From Thermoflexales bacterium (GTDB taxonomy: Bacteria; Chloroflexota; Anaerolineae; J036; Brachytrichaceae), in contig JANWUW010000088.1 in NCBI GenBank assembly GCA_025057935.1, positions 19,425 through 83,424 of the forward strand: DNA of 64,000 bases. The letters run 5' to 3'. Numbering within the stretch: position 1 is the first letter of the stretch; every line of letters begins with the position of its first letter. A program made the translations under genes and the position numbers. Below the pieces are notes generated by a model. The model worked only from the letters and a program-made list of their open reading frames with translations. It ran no database searches and was not told the origin of the DNA. Positions 32,571 to 42,155 of this stretch are shown one piece after another.

Positions 32571-34930
32571 TTAAGCGCAGACTCGCTGGTAGCGTTGCTG
32601 GAGTTCCGCCAGGCGGTCGAGATGCTCTAGGGCATGTTCAGCGGCGAGCGTGCGGGCTTCTGCCAAACCCTCAGCGAGGGCAGCGCAGCCGTCCTGCGTA
32701 GGATAGTGCTCTAGGACGCGCACCAGCATGCTGAGGCTCAGGATCAGGCGGGGCAGGAACGCCCGCGGGTTGTCCCGAGCAAGCTGGCGGCGGATGCTCA
32801 CGGACTCCAGCGCTGCCTTCAGCGCCGCCTCGCGCTGCCCGACCTCGGACAGCCTCGCGCCGAGGTTGTGGAGGCTTGCAGCCAAATCGGGCAGGAACGC
32901 CTGCGGGTTTGCTTGGGCAAGCTGGCGGTAGAGGCTCACTGCCTCCTGCGTCGCCTGCAGCGCCGCCTCGCGCTGCCCGACCGCACCGAGGGCACAGCCA
33001 AGCATCCAAAGCGCCTCTGCCCGCTCTTTCTCTTGGCTCGCAAGCGCAGCCCACACTCGATACACCTCCACCTCGAACGCCCGTAGCCGCAGCGTTCGGT
33101 CAGGCGCAGGCAACGCTCGATGAAGCGACCGCACTAGCTCAAGCATGCCTGCCTCGGGCAACGATCGCCACTCCGCCAACATCGCTCGTAGATTCCCCTC
33201 CTGCGCCTCGAGCTGCGTCACTGCTCGCCGATCCTCCGACGAGAGCCGCGCCGCCCACGCGCGCCACGTCGGCAGTAACTCTGCCCAGCGCTTCCGCCGC
33301 ATATCCTCACTCAGCGGAAAGTGCCCGCGGGCATATTCGCTCACTGTGGCGTGCCAGCGCCACGCCTGAATCTCAGGGTCAAAGTCCGCCAGCGCCGCTT
33401 CGCGCAGCGCCTGCACTCCCTCGTGCGTAGCCGCACGCTGCAGCAGCATCTCTGGCGCGATGTTCGCAGGGAACAACAGCAGCGCCTGCCACGCACCTCG
33501 ATGCCGCTTTCCCAGCCGCTTGGCGCTCCAGGCGTAGATCCTCTCCAACTGCGCCTGGAAGTCGCCCTGGCGCGCCCGCACTTGCTCCAGCACTGCGCGC
33601 AGGTCGCGCCGCCCAGCATGCACAACCAGCAGCTCGACCAGCCGCGGATGACCATCGCTCGCAACGGCAATCTCCTGAGCTTCGCTCGTCTCCAGCGGGA
33701 TGTTCCTCTGCCTAGCCAGATACAGCGCCTGGTATGTCGCAGCTTGAGTGCCCACTCCCTGATGGACGAGCAGGGGCGCGGCCGCAGGCACTTTCTCGAG
33801 CAGTAGCGATAAGCGCGACACGATGATCGCCGCGCTCCCTCCGCCGAGCTGCCTCAGGAACTGCTGCACCTGCGCCAGCTCGCCCTCGGGCAAGGCGTGC
33901 GCGTTGTCCAACACGAACAGAGTGGGCTGCAGCCGTGCGTAGGCAACCAGCTCGGCGCTCACCGCCTTGGGCGCAAAGCTCTGCGGCTGCACCTGCAGCC
34001 CCTCAGCAAGTTGGTTGAACAGATCAGCCGCCGTGCTGGGAGCATCGTCGGGGCAAGCCGCGTATGCAACCCCGCCCGGGAAACGCCATGCATTGCGATT
34101 CGCTGCCTCTAGCGCTAAGCTGGTCTTGCCGATAGCGGGTGCGCCTGAAAGGACGACCACGCAGGGCGGCTGCGCCAGTCGCTGCGCCAGCCTGACCAGC
34201 TCCCGCCCGCGACCGAAGAAGAACTTGGATCGCGCAGGCAGGTTGCCGCGCGGCTGACGCTCGTCTATCCACGGCTCGCTGCGAGTGAGGTGCTCGAAGC
34301 GAAGCGCATCATCGCCCAGCAACACCACCTCGTGCGTGGTGACTGCCCGTTGAGCGCGGCTGACTGCCTCCCGCAGCGGGTAACCGTCCGTCAGCTCGGC
34401 GTAGAGGCGAGCCGCGAAGCGCACCGCCTCGGGGTCGAGGACAGTCTGGGTGTGCCCAACCACGGCGCGCTGCTTTCTGCTTGACCAGCGCCTGCGCCAC
34501 CGAGTGGGTGTCGGCAGCGCTCTCGCAGCCGTTGAGCACAACCAAATCCAGCGGACGAGGCAAGCTTCCCAGGGCAGCGATGATTTCGTCCGTGGTGGCT
34601 TTGTGCGCCTGCCCGAACTCGTCTTCGAGCAGCAGCCCTCCCTTCCAAGCGTGACCGCTGAAGTGCAGCACGTGGGGGAAGAGCTGCTGGGTCTCAGCGC
34701 GAGGAGAGAGGGCGAAGTTTGTCTAGGGTAGGGGGCTGCAGGCGGGTGAGGTAGAGAGGGATTTGGCTCTCGCGTGCGGCTTGGCAGAGCTCGTGCCACT
34801 CCCAGTGCAGGTCGAGCGGCGTTGGAGGGGTGTCTGGGTGTTCGGGGTCGTGGACAGGCGCGGCGAGGAGCGCCAAGATGCGCAGCCTGTTGGCGAGGTC
34901 AGAGCTTGATTGCCGGGGCGCGCCTGACAT
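32571..34930 (-). pseudogene. CHAT (caspase-like) protease - STAND/NB-ARC NTPase - TPR protein, interrupted by two +1 frameshifts
   Basis: The protein continues across three track ORFs: 35047-34694 (from M at 34930), 34671-34309 and 34799-32571. CHAT dyad: HFSGHA (His 34651-34653) and LNGCES (Cys 34525-34527). Walker A GAPAIGKTS (34122-34145), Walker B LFVLDNAH, C-terminal TPR repeats. Frame breaks near 34712 and near 34466. Confidence 0.75.
32751..32982 (-). repeat. 138-nt-period TPR-coding DNA repeats (two ~94-nt cores, ~84% identical)
   Basis: 32751-32844 versus 32889-32982. The terminal 25 nt cagcgccgcctcgcgctgcccgacc are identical. They encode 46-aa GQREAAL... repeats. Confidence 0.7.
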
Positions 34931-35331
34931 CGGTGCGAGCCTTGCACGGGGGAGTATATTGCCTTGCGGCGCTTTCGCACGCTCGGTGTTCGCTGGCGTG
35001 ATCATGCTCCTAGCGCTTGCCGGCATCCAATCGCGTGCAATGTACACACTGCCGCGGCTCAGTGTTCAACCTTCTTGCCGTGGGTTGGCACAGCGCAGAA
35101 GCGCTAGATAGGGTCATAGCGAGCGCCAAACTTCTCCAGGTGAGCAGCAATCTCCATCAAAGGCGGGAGGATCATGCGCTCAGCAGTGCCTCTCTGATTT
35201 CGGCTGCCTTTGCGAGCAACAGTCTCGTTGTCGGAGAGGGCGTGCATCAAATCAGCGTGTGCCATGTGCTTTGAAGCGCTCTTCAGCCTCCCTTAACAGG
35301 CGCGCTCAGGTGCTACAACAATCAGGCGCGC

Positions 35332-36168
35332 ATGGAAGTTTCTGGCGTTGCCGCGCGTTGGCTAGTGTTAGTAGCGTTGGCGATGCTGGCGAGCGCGCCG
35401 ACCTGTGCGCTGCTCATGGCACGGCGCGAGGCGTCGCGTGCGCTGCATCGGGCAACACATGCCGAGCACGCGCATTGGGTCAACGCAGCGGTTGGTCTGT
35501 CTCTGCTTGCCTTTGTGCTTGATGTGCTTGTGCATGGGCGCTGGGTGTGGCTAGTGGCGCGTCTAGCGCTGCTGATCGGCGTGTGGGCGAGTTTGTCTAG
35601 GCAACGAACTGCTCTGGGGGCATTGCTGGTCGCAGCGCTGTTGCTCACTCAGAGCTTCCAAGGAAATGCGCCGCAGCAGAGGGAGTGGCTGGCTGCCGTG
35701 GTCGCAGATTGGTTGCATCTGGTCAGCGCTGCTGTTTGGCTAGGCGGTGTGGGCTACTTGGCGCTCGTGATCTTGCCTGCAGCACTCCGCGATCAGTCGC
35801 GGCTTGCGGGGCTTGCCGAGGCAGTGAGCGCGTTTTCCTCGCTTGCTGTGGCTGCGGTGCTGGTTGCTGCGCTCACGGGCATCGCCCAAAGCGCAGCTTT
35901 GGTCGGCAGCTTTGCGGCGTTGATCGGCACGACATACGGTCAGGCGCTGCTTGTCAAACTAGGCAGCTCGGCGGTGCTGCTCGCCTTAGGGGCGTTCCAT
36001 CACTTCGTCGTCAGCCCGCAGCTCAACCTGTGGCGGTTGCGCGCTGCTCACGCTGCGGAGGCTGCGCGGCGATTTCGCGTCAGCCTCGCCGTAGAGAGCG
36101 CGTTTGCTGCGTTCACGCTCGTGGCTGCGGCGGCGATGACCATATTGCCCGCGCCCGGGCTTGGGTGA
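35332..36168 (+). CDS. CopD-family membrane protein
   Basis: 278 aa with 6-8 TM spans. ADWLHLVSAAVWLGGVGYLALV resembles the CopD signature. Confidence 0.6.
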   Translation: MEVSGVAARWLVLVALAMLASAPTCALLMARREASRALHRATHAEHAHWVNAAVGLSLLAFVLDVLVHGRWVWLVARLALLIGVWASLSRQRTALGALLVAALLLTQSFQGNAPQQREWLAAVVADWLHLVSAAVWLGGVGYLALVILPAALRDQSRLAGLAEAVSAFSSLAVAAVLVAALTGIAQSAALVGSFAALIGTTYGQALLVKLGSSAVLLALGAFHHFVVSPQLNLWRLRAAHAAEAARRFRVSLAVESAFAAFTLVAAAAMTILPAPGLG

Positions 36169-36258
36169 GCTGGGAACAACGTCATTCCTGCACAATGCGA
36201 TGAGCGCAACGCGTGAGTTGGGCTACACTGCTGCTTCACCTGCGCCCATTTGTGAGCC

Positions 36259-36975
36259 ATGACCGACGCCGACCTCATCGCTGCGCAGCGCGCGCTGATC
36301 GCGCCGCTGCTCACGACAGCGCCGCAAGACGCCGTCGCGCATTACTTCGCGCTTGAGCACGACGCTGCGCGCACGCGCTTGACGCTTGTCTATCGAGCGC
36401 CGGGCTTTCCTTCCGCGTTCGTCGCAGTGTGCCAAACAGGCATGGATCTGTTCCGCCCCATGGTGGTGTTTCGCGGCGAAGAGGAAGCGGTGGTCGAGGC
36501 GCTGCGCCGCGCGCTGCAGCGCCCGCGCGCTTACTTGTTCAGCGCTCTACCCGAGCAGCGCGCAGCTTTGAGGCGCGTCGCACAGGTGAGCAGCGATCAA
36601 CCGAATGCAATTTACGCGCTCGACGCTGACGACTTCCGCCCCGTGGTCAACGTCTTGGTGCAAACCTCGCGCACGCCAGATGGGCTGTTCCGCGCTTCCA
36701 TCCGCAGCCGTGACGGCAGCCTTGTTGCTGAAGCAGGCGTGTCGTGGATGTCTTCGCGATATGCGGAGGTCTTCGTGCGCGTCGCGGAGGCGTTCCGAGG
36801 GCGCGGCTTGGGCAAATCGGTGGTCAGCGCGGTGAGCGCTCATGTGCTGGAGGCTGGGCGCACGCCGCTCTACCTCACCTCGCCCAACAACCTCGCCTCA
36901 GTGCGCCTCGCGGAACGGCTCGGCTACCACGACACGAGTCAGTTGGAGTGGAGCGGCGTATGCACAGTGCTGTGA
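36259..36975 (+). CDS. GNAT family N-acetyltransferase
   Basis: C-terminal acetyl-CoA motif FRGRGLGKSVVSAVSAHVLEAGRTPLYLTSPNNLASVRLAERLGY. Confidence 0.7.
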   Translation: MTDADLIAAQRALIAPLLTTAPQDAVAHYFALEHDAARTRLTLVYRAPGFPSAFVAVCQTGMDLFRPMVVFRGEEEAVVEALRRALQRPRAYLFSALPEQRAALRRVAQVSSDQPNAIYALDADDFRPVVNVLVQTSRTPDGLFRASIRSRDGSLVAEAGVSWMSSRYAEVFVRVAEAFRGRGLGKSVVSAVSAHVLEAGRTPLYLTSPNNLASVRLAERLGYHDTSQLEWSGVCTVL

Positions 36976-36986
36976 GGGCAACGCGC

Positions 36987-37823
36987 TCATCGCTTCTGCC
37001 CGACGACGAGCATGCCCCCGCCAACGTCGTGCGGCTCTTCCTCGTAAAACGGGCGCAAGCGCGGCAGCCAGTAACGGTGCACGAGGCGCGCCATGAGCGG
37101 CTGATGACCCAGCATCCGCAGGCGCGGTGAGGCGAGCGCGTTGAACAACGAGCGCCGACCGATGCCAATGGCGCGATTCATGCGATCCCATTGCTGCACG
37201 GCGCGCGGCGCCACGTAGTAGTGGATCAGCGTCAGGCGTATTCCCACGCCGGCAAGCAACACACGCCACTCGTCGGCGGTGTAGTAGTGGTGGTGCGCGA
37301 GGAGCTGATCCACATGTCGCGCGTAGGCTTCCGCAGCCTGCCGGTTCGGCGCGCGCTGCACGCCATCGAGCAAGCGCCGGAAGTGATCGCTTGGCACAGT
37401 GACCACCAGCAGGCCGTCTTGGCGCAGCACGCGTGCCAGCTCCGGCAGCACATTCGCCGGGTCGGGGATGTGTTCAATCACTGAGTTGGCGTACACCGTG
37501 CCAAAAGCGCTGTCGCAATATGGCAGGTGATGCCCATCAGCGAACAGCACGCCATGCTCGTAGACACCGCTGTCACGTGCCGTGGGTAGCATGCGCGTGT
37601 CAATATCGCAGCCGAATACGCCAGGTTGTCGCCCGAAGATCGCGGCGGTGAACAAGCCATCGCCGCAGCCGAAGTCGAGCATGGGCGCTGGAAAGGCGTC
37701 CAAACGACTCAGCGCGCGCGCTTCGATGGCTCGCCACAGCGCAACTGGCGGCGCGAACCAGTAGCGGCGGAGAAAGTCATCGAGGAAGTCTTTGTCGCGA
37801 TGCACGCGCAGCGTGTGATCCAT
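36987..37823 (-). CDS. class I SAM-dependent methyltransferase
   Basis: Motif I LDFGCGDGLF. Post-I and II motifs (GCDID, VYANSVIEHI). Confidence 0.8.
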   Translation of the reverse strand: MDHTLRVHRDKDFLDDFLRRYWFAPPVALWRAIEARALSRLDAFPAPMLDFGCGDGLFTAAIFGRQPGVFGCDIDTRMLPTARDSGVYEHGVLFADGHHLPYCDSAFGTVYANSVIEHIPDPANVLPELARVLRQDGLLVVTVPSDHFRRLLDGVQRAPNRQAAEAYARHVDQLLAHHHYYTADEWRVLLAGVGIRLTLIHYYVAPRAVQQWDRMNRAIGIGRRSLFNALASPRLRMLGHQPLMARLVHRYWLPRLRPFYEEEPHDVGGGMLVVGQKR

Positions 37824-37929
37824 CGCGGCGATTGTATGCTGTGGGCGCGTTGGGCTTTGCAGGGGGCATGACGCGATGCGCCTTCAGCGCTCTCGGCGCT
37901 GTGCTCCAAGAGGCAATGTCGAGGCGTGC

Positions 37930-38181
37930 TTACCGTTGCGGCTGCACGCGATAGGGGACAACCACGCTGCCGCGCCCGCGGGAGGATTGTTGCTCGTGGT
38001 TGAGCAACACCTCATCAGAAAGCGCCGATCGTGTGCGCTGTCGACGCGCCTCACGTCGGCAGCGCTCGCTGCAATACACCACGCGCTCCCAATCGCGCGC
38101 CCAGCGCTTGCGCCACTCGAAAGGGCGCCCGCAGACTGGACAAATCTTGCTGGGTAGCTGCCCCTTCTTCATTCGAGCCAT
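37930..38181 (-). CDS. DUF2256 zinc-ribbon protein
   Basis: [32 protein letters not shown]. The alternative start at 38172 would give an ATGA overlap with the upstream stop. Confidence 0.75.
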   Translation of the reverse strand: MARMKKGQLPSKICPVCGRPFEWRKRWARDWERVVYCSERCRREARRQRTRSALSDEVLLNHEQQSSRGRGSVVVPYRVQPQR

Positions 38182-40082
38182 TGTGTGGAGCGTACGTCGA
38201 AGCGCAGCGTGCGCGCGCCGTCGCTCAGCCGCAACACAGCGCCCTCAGCGCCCACAATGCGCAAGGTGCGCGTGCCTTCGGGCGCATCCACAGTGAACCA
38301 CGCTCCGAGCAAAGCCTCGACAACGAGCACGCCACCGCGGATCTCTTCGTCCACGCCGCCCAGCGCTGGGTCGCGCACGCGCCCCGCGAACACCAAGCGC
38401 GTCTGCACGCGATCGCCGAGGCGCACGCTGCCATGCCACACGTTCTCCGCTAGGAAGCGCGAGGCAGGCGCCGGCGGGGCGATGCCCTCGATGATCACCC
38501 CATCCCCTGCAGGTGTTGCGTCGAGCACTGCAGCGACGCCCTCGACGCGTGCTGTGTCGTATGGTGTGAAGCTGCTTCCCAGCGGTTGCGTGATCACGCG
38601 CCAGGTGATGTCGCTAGGGAAGGGCAACGGCATCGCAGTGCGAGGATCGGCGTTGAGCGCTGCCTGTAACTGTTCCCACCCTTGGCGCGGCGTGTTGTCA
38701 GTGCCAACGCAGCCGCCTACATCCTGGCACGCTTGCCATTGTGTGAGCAGCCCGATGAAGTCGAGTTTGGCGCCCTTCTGCGTGGCTGCGTACAAGCTCA
38801 TGCGATACCACTGGTCGGCGTTGACGCCGCTGCGCAGGTAAATTTCAGGGAAAGGAAGCGCGACGCCGCTGTTCACCTGCCAAACTTGCTCTACTGTCCA
38901 GCCGTTGTTTGGCTGGCGGTTGGGCGAGCCTGTTGTGGGGCATCCATCGCAAGTGCCGAAGTTGATGAAGGGCAAGCTCGTCGCTGTAGCGTAGCCCTGC
39001 ACCCAAGCCAAAGTGGTGATCGGTCCGTTCCAGCTCATCTCAATGTCGTTAGCGCCTAGCACGCGGATGCGCGCAGCCGCGTCTTGAGGCGCTGCCGTGC
39101 TCAGCCACGTGTGGAGCTGATTGATCATCTGCCCCCATGCCCGACCATGCTCGAAGCCCGTTGCGCCGCGGTAGTTATTCGTGCCCACGCCTAAGGTGAG
39201 GCTTGCGAACGACGGCGCGCATGTCCAGTAGCCGCGCAGGAAGCCCTTCACCGCTTCGGCGATTGTTGCCGTTGAGGCGAATGTAAAACCGCTGCGGTAG
39301 TAAAGCACGCCGTACTGTCCGTTTTGCGCCCAAGGTTGCCCGAAGGCTAGGATGATCACTCCCTGCTCGCGCGCTTGCCCAGCCGCGCAGCCCATGTACT
39401 CGTGATGCTGCGGGTTGATGGTCGAGATATAGCGCGAGGTGGTGTACGCAAAAGGAGCGCCGCTCACGAACGGCAGAAAGACGTGCTGCGTGAGAGGCGA
39501 CGTGCCTTCAATGCCGATCGGCACGAAAGCTAGCGCATCGAAGCCCACGCGCCGCGTGCCAGCTTGCTCGCCTGTCACGTCGTCGAGCTGCACGAAATTC
39601 AGCTCGCCAGGTTGAAAGTAGTGCTGCCCAAGACTCACCCACTCCGCGTAGTAACGGTTTTGGCTTACAACGCGCGTGGTGGTGATCGGCGCTGCTGCGC
39701 TGCCGCGCACGATGTGGTAGCGCGCGCTCCGCGTCGTCGCGTTGTAACGCGGGATGAACGCGAAGACCTCGTAGGTCAGAGGCAGCATTGCTGAGAGCGG
39801 CAAATGCCAGCGGGCGAAATTAGTGAGCGTGACCGCTTCGTTCCAAGTCCACACCATGCTGCCGCCGTAGTAGCTGAAGGAGGTGCCTGTGCTTGTCCAC
39901 CAATACTGCGGGGGACCGAAGCGCACAAAGTGGCTGTCGGTGTCGTCCACTACGATCGCGTGCGGTGGCAGATGGCTGACCTGCGCTGCGGCAGATGTTG
40001 TGCCGACGAGCAAGGCGAGCGCCATGCCAAACGCAGCGAGCGCTGCAGTCGAAAGGTGCACACGTTTCCAGAGGCGCAGCAT
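38169..40082 (-). CDS. secreted protein, N-terminal golvesin-C-like carbohydrate-binding-type domain, remainder unknown
   Basis: Track ORF (899 aa) trimmed to [34 protein letters not shown] (signal peptide, ATG 40082). The Arg-rich N-terminal extension overlaps the TauE gene. Confidence 0.65.
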   Translation of the reverse strand: MLRLWKRVHLSTAALAAFGMALALLVGTTSAAAQVSHLPPHAIVVDDTDSHFVRFGPPQYWWTSTGTSFSYYGGSMVWTWNEAVTLTNFARWHLPLSAMLPLTYEVFAFIPRYNATTRSARYHIVRGSAAAPITTTRVVSQNRYYAEWVSLGQHYFQPGELNFVQLDDVTGEQAGTRRVGFDALAFVPIGIEGTSPLTQHVFLPFVSGAPFAYTTSRYISTINPQHHEYMGCAAGQAREQGVIILAFGQPWAQNGQYGVLYYRSGFTFASTATIAEAVKGFLRGYWTCAPSFASLTLGVGTNNYRGATGFEHGRAWGQMINQLHTWLSTAAPQDAAARIRVLGANDIEMSWNGPITTLAWVQGYATATSLPFINFGTCDGCPTTGSPNRQPNNGWTVEQVWQVNSGVALPFPEIYLRSGVNADQWYRMSLYAATQKGAKLDFIGLLTQWQACQDVGGCVGTDNTPRQGWEQLQAALNADPRTAMPLPFPSDITWRVITQPLGSSFTPYDTARVEGVAAVLDATPAGDGVIIEGIAPPAPASRFLAENVWHGSVRLGDRVQTRLVFAGRVRDPALGGVDEEIRGGVLVVEALLGAWFTVDAPEGTRTLRIVGAEGAVLRLSDGARTLRFDVRSTQWLE

Positions 40083-40141
40083 CGTTAGCGTTGAGTATTT
40101 TGTCACGCGCTTTCGCGTGCTGCGTGGTGCAAGACAATTCC

Positions 40142-40930
40142 TCACATGAGGCTGCGCACAAGGGTATGCGCGCTGAGCGCGACGATCAACGCGCCAACGA
40201 GAACCAGCAGCAGGCGCACGGGCAAGCGCCGCGTGAGCCACGCGCCGAGCGGCGCAGCAGGGATGCCGCCGAGCGCTAAGCCGACCACGGCGTAAGCGTT
40301 TGCTGAACCAAGCGCGGCGAGAAATGCGAGTGTCGTCGCCAAAGTGACGAAAAACTCGGCGGCGTTCACTGTGCCAATGGCGAGGCGCGCCTCTTTGCCG
40401 CGCCAGATCAGGCTCGAGGCAACGATCGGTCCCCAGCCGCCGCCGCCAATAGCGTCGAGAAATGCGCCAATGAATCCAAGGGCACCAACGCGCTCGACCA
40501 CGCGCGGTGGCGGGATGGGACGAAACGCTTTGCCGATGATGATAGCGCCCATGACCAAGAGGTAAGCCGCGACATACGGGCGCAGCCACGTGTTCGGCAG
40601 GGACGCAGCGGCAATCGCTCCGAGCACCGCGCCGAGGATAGCAGCGGGCACAAGACGGCGGAACAAATGCCCATCCACGTTCCCGAAAGCGCGATGTGAC
40701 ACCGCTGAGGCGCCGGTAGTGAAGCACTCTGCAGCGTGCACTGTGGCGCTGGCAATGGCTGGTGGCGTGCCCAACGCGACCAGCAGCGATGATGCGGTGA
40801 CGCCGTATGCCATGCCTAGGGCGCCATCCACCAACTGCGCCGCAAACCCCACGACAAGGTAGAGCCAAAACTCTGGCGGCACACTCCCCATCGCTCGGCG
40901 CAAAAGCTCGAAGAGTTCAGCGGGGAACAC
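40142..40930 (-). CDS. TauE/SafE (TSUP) family anion exporter
   Basis: 262 aa with 7-8 TM spans. VVGFAAQLVDGALGMAYGV and GGGWGPIV motifs. Confidence 0.8.
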   Translation of the reverse strand: MFPAELFELLRRAMGSVPPEFWLYLVVGFAAQLVDGALGMAYGVTASSLLVALGTPPAIASATVHAAECFTTGASAVSHRAFGNVDGHLFRRLVPAAILGAVLGAIAAASLPNTWLRPYVAAYLLVMGAIIIGKAFRPIPPPRVVERVGALGFIGAFLDAIGGGGWGPIVASSLIWRGKEARLAIGTVNAAEFFVTLATTLAFLAALGSANAYAVVGLALGGIPAAPLGAWLTRRLPVRLLLVLVGALIVALSAHTLVRSLM

Positions 40931-40998
40931 AGGGCTGCGATTGTAGCCTCTGCCCCCGCCGAGGTAGAAGGCACTAGCTGTGATATACCTTCGCAGCT

Positions 40999-42051
40999 AT
41001 GCAAGTCTTCTTCTCGCGTCGCACGTTCCTTAGGCTCGCTGGCGCTGCACCGTTGATCCTCATCGTGCCTGCGCGCAAAGCTCAATCACAAGCGAGTGAA
41101 CCTGTTGCGCAGCCCACGCGCCGCCCATTTGGTCGTGCCATCGTCGGCGGCTTGAAGATACGAGAGCTGCCCTCGACCAAGGCACCGGTTGTGCGCCAAC
41201 TTCGACGCAACGAGGTCATCCCTCTGCTTGGGCAAGCTGAGAGCAACGAGAGTCCCGCGAAACACAACTTGATTTGGTACAAGACGAGCGATGGCTGGGT
41301 GCATTCCGCACAAATCCAGCCTTGTGAGGACAGGCTCAACACGCCGATCACGCACGTCGCTAAAGATGTTGTGGTCTGGGGCGAGGTGACTGTGCCGCTG
41401 ACCTATGCCCGCGTGCAGCCGGACCCAAAAGCGCGCGCGCCTTGGACGCACTACTTTGGCACTATCTTCCAAGTGATGGAGGTGCGCGAGGGCGCCGATC
41501 AAGAGCTCTGGTATCGCATCAGCGATGGCATCTTGAGCACGCTGTGGGTGCACGCAAAACACTTGCGCATCCTCCCGCCAGAGGCGTTTGCGCCGCTTTC
41601 ACCCGACGTGCCCCCAGAAGCGAAGCGGCTCGAGGTTGACCTCAAGGCGCAACGCGTGTATGCCTACGAAGGCGAACGCAAGGTGTTCGAGGCGCGCTGC
41701 TCCACGGGCGCTAGCTTTCGGCAGCCTGATGGGACGTGGAGGAGCTTCCACACTACACGCGGCGATCATCGCATCTACGTGAAGACGCCCTCGCAGCGCA
41801 TGTTCGATGAGCCACGCACCTACGATCTTCCGGGCATTCCTTGGGTGGCGTACTTCACCTCAAGCGGCATCGCCTTCCACGGCACGTACTGGCACAACGA
41901 CTACGGCAAGCCACGCAGCCATGGATGTGTGAATTTGCTGCCAGAGGACGCCCAGTGGGTTTACCGCTGGTCGCTCCCTGTGGCGCCACCTGAGCAACGT
42001 TGGACACGCCTGCGCGACCGCAAGCAGGGCACACTAGTGCGCGTCTTCTAA
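40999..42051 (+). CDS. L,D-transpeptidase (YkuD) with Tat-type signal and SH3-like domain
   Basis: SRRTFLRLAGAA twin-arginine signal. Catalytic HGTYWHNDYGKPRSHGCVNL. Confidence 0.85.
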   Translation: MQVFFSRRTFLRLAGAAPLILIVPARKAQSQASEPVAQPTRRPFGRAIVGGLKIRELPSTKAPVVRQLRRNEVIPLLGQAESNESPAKHNLIWYKTSDGWVHSAQIQPCEDRLNTPITHVAKDVVVWGEVTVPLTYARVQPDPKARAPWTHYFGTIFQVMEVREGADQELWYRISDGILSTLWVHAKHLRILPPEAFAPLSPDVPPEAKRLEVDLKAQRVYAYEGERKVFEARCSTGASFRQPDGTWRSFHTTRGDHRIYVKTPSQRMFDEPRTYDLPGIPWVAYFTSSGIAFHGTYWHNDYGKPRSHGCVNLLPEDAQWVYRWSLPVAPPEQRWTRLRDRKQGTLVRVF

Positions 42052-42155
42052 CACTTCCTGAGTTCGCAAGGTAAAGCTTTCGCGCAAACTCCAATGAGCA
42101 AGCGGCAAGTGCTGTGCTGCGCCCGTCGAATCCAGAACCGCAGCTTGGCTTACGC

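Noticed and set aside
31144-34930. A functional pairing of the serpin with the adjacent caspase-like CHAT protease, with the serpin as its inhibitor.
   Set aside because: The serpin has an export/lipoprotein signal, while the CHAT-STAND protein has none. The genes are convergent rather than co-transcribed, so adjacency alone is insufficient.
35104-35264. Small minus-strand ORFs between the CHAT gene and copD: a 30-aa MAHADLMHALSDNETLLAKAAEIREALLSA and an out-of-frame ...MILPPLMEIAAHLEKFGARYDPI. I considered a toxin-antitoxin or frameshifted small gene.
   Set aside because: On careful re-translation the two pieces are in different frames and each is very short. Neither has a ribosome-binding site at a sensible distance, and I recognise no family motif.
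40083-40868. N-terminal 262 aa of the 899-aa track ORF 38169-40868.
   Set aside because: The extension is Arg/Cys/His-rich nonsense and completely overlaps the TauE permease gene in another frame. A clean signal peptide starts at the internal ATG 40082.
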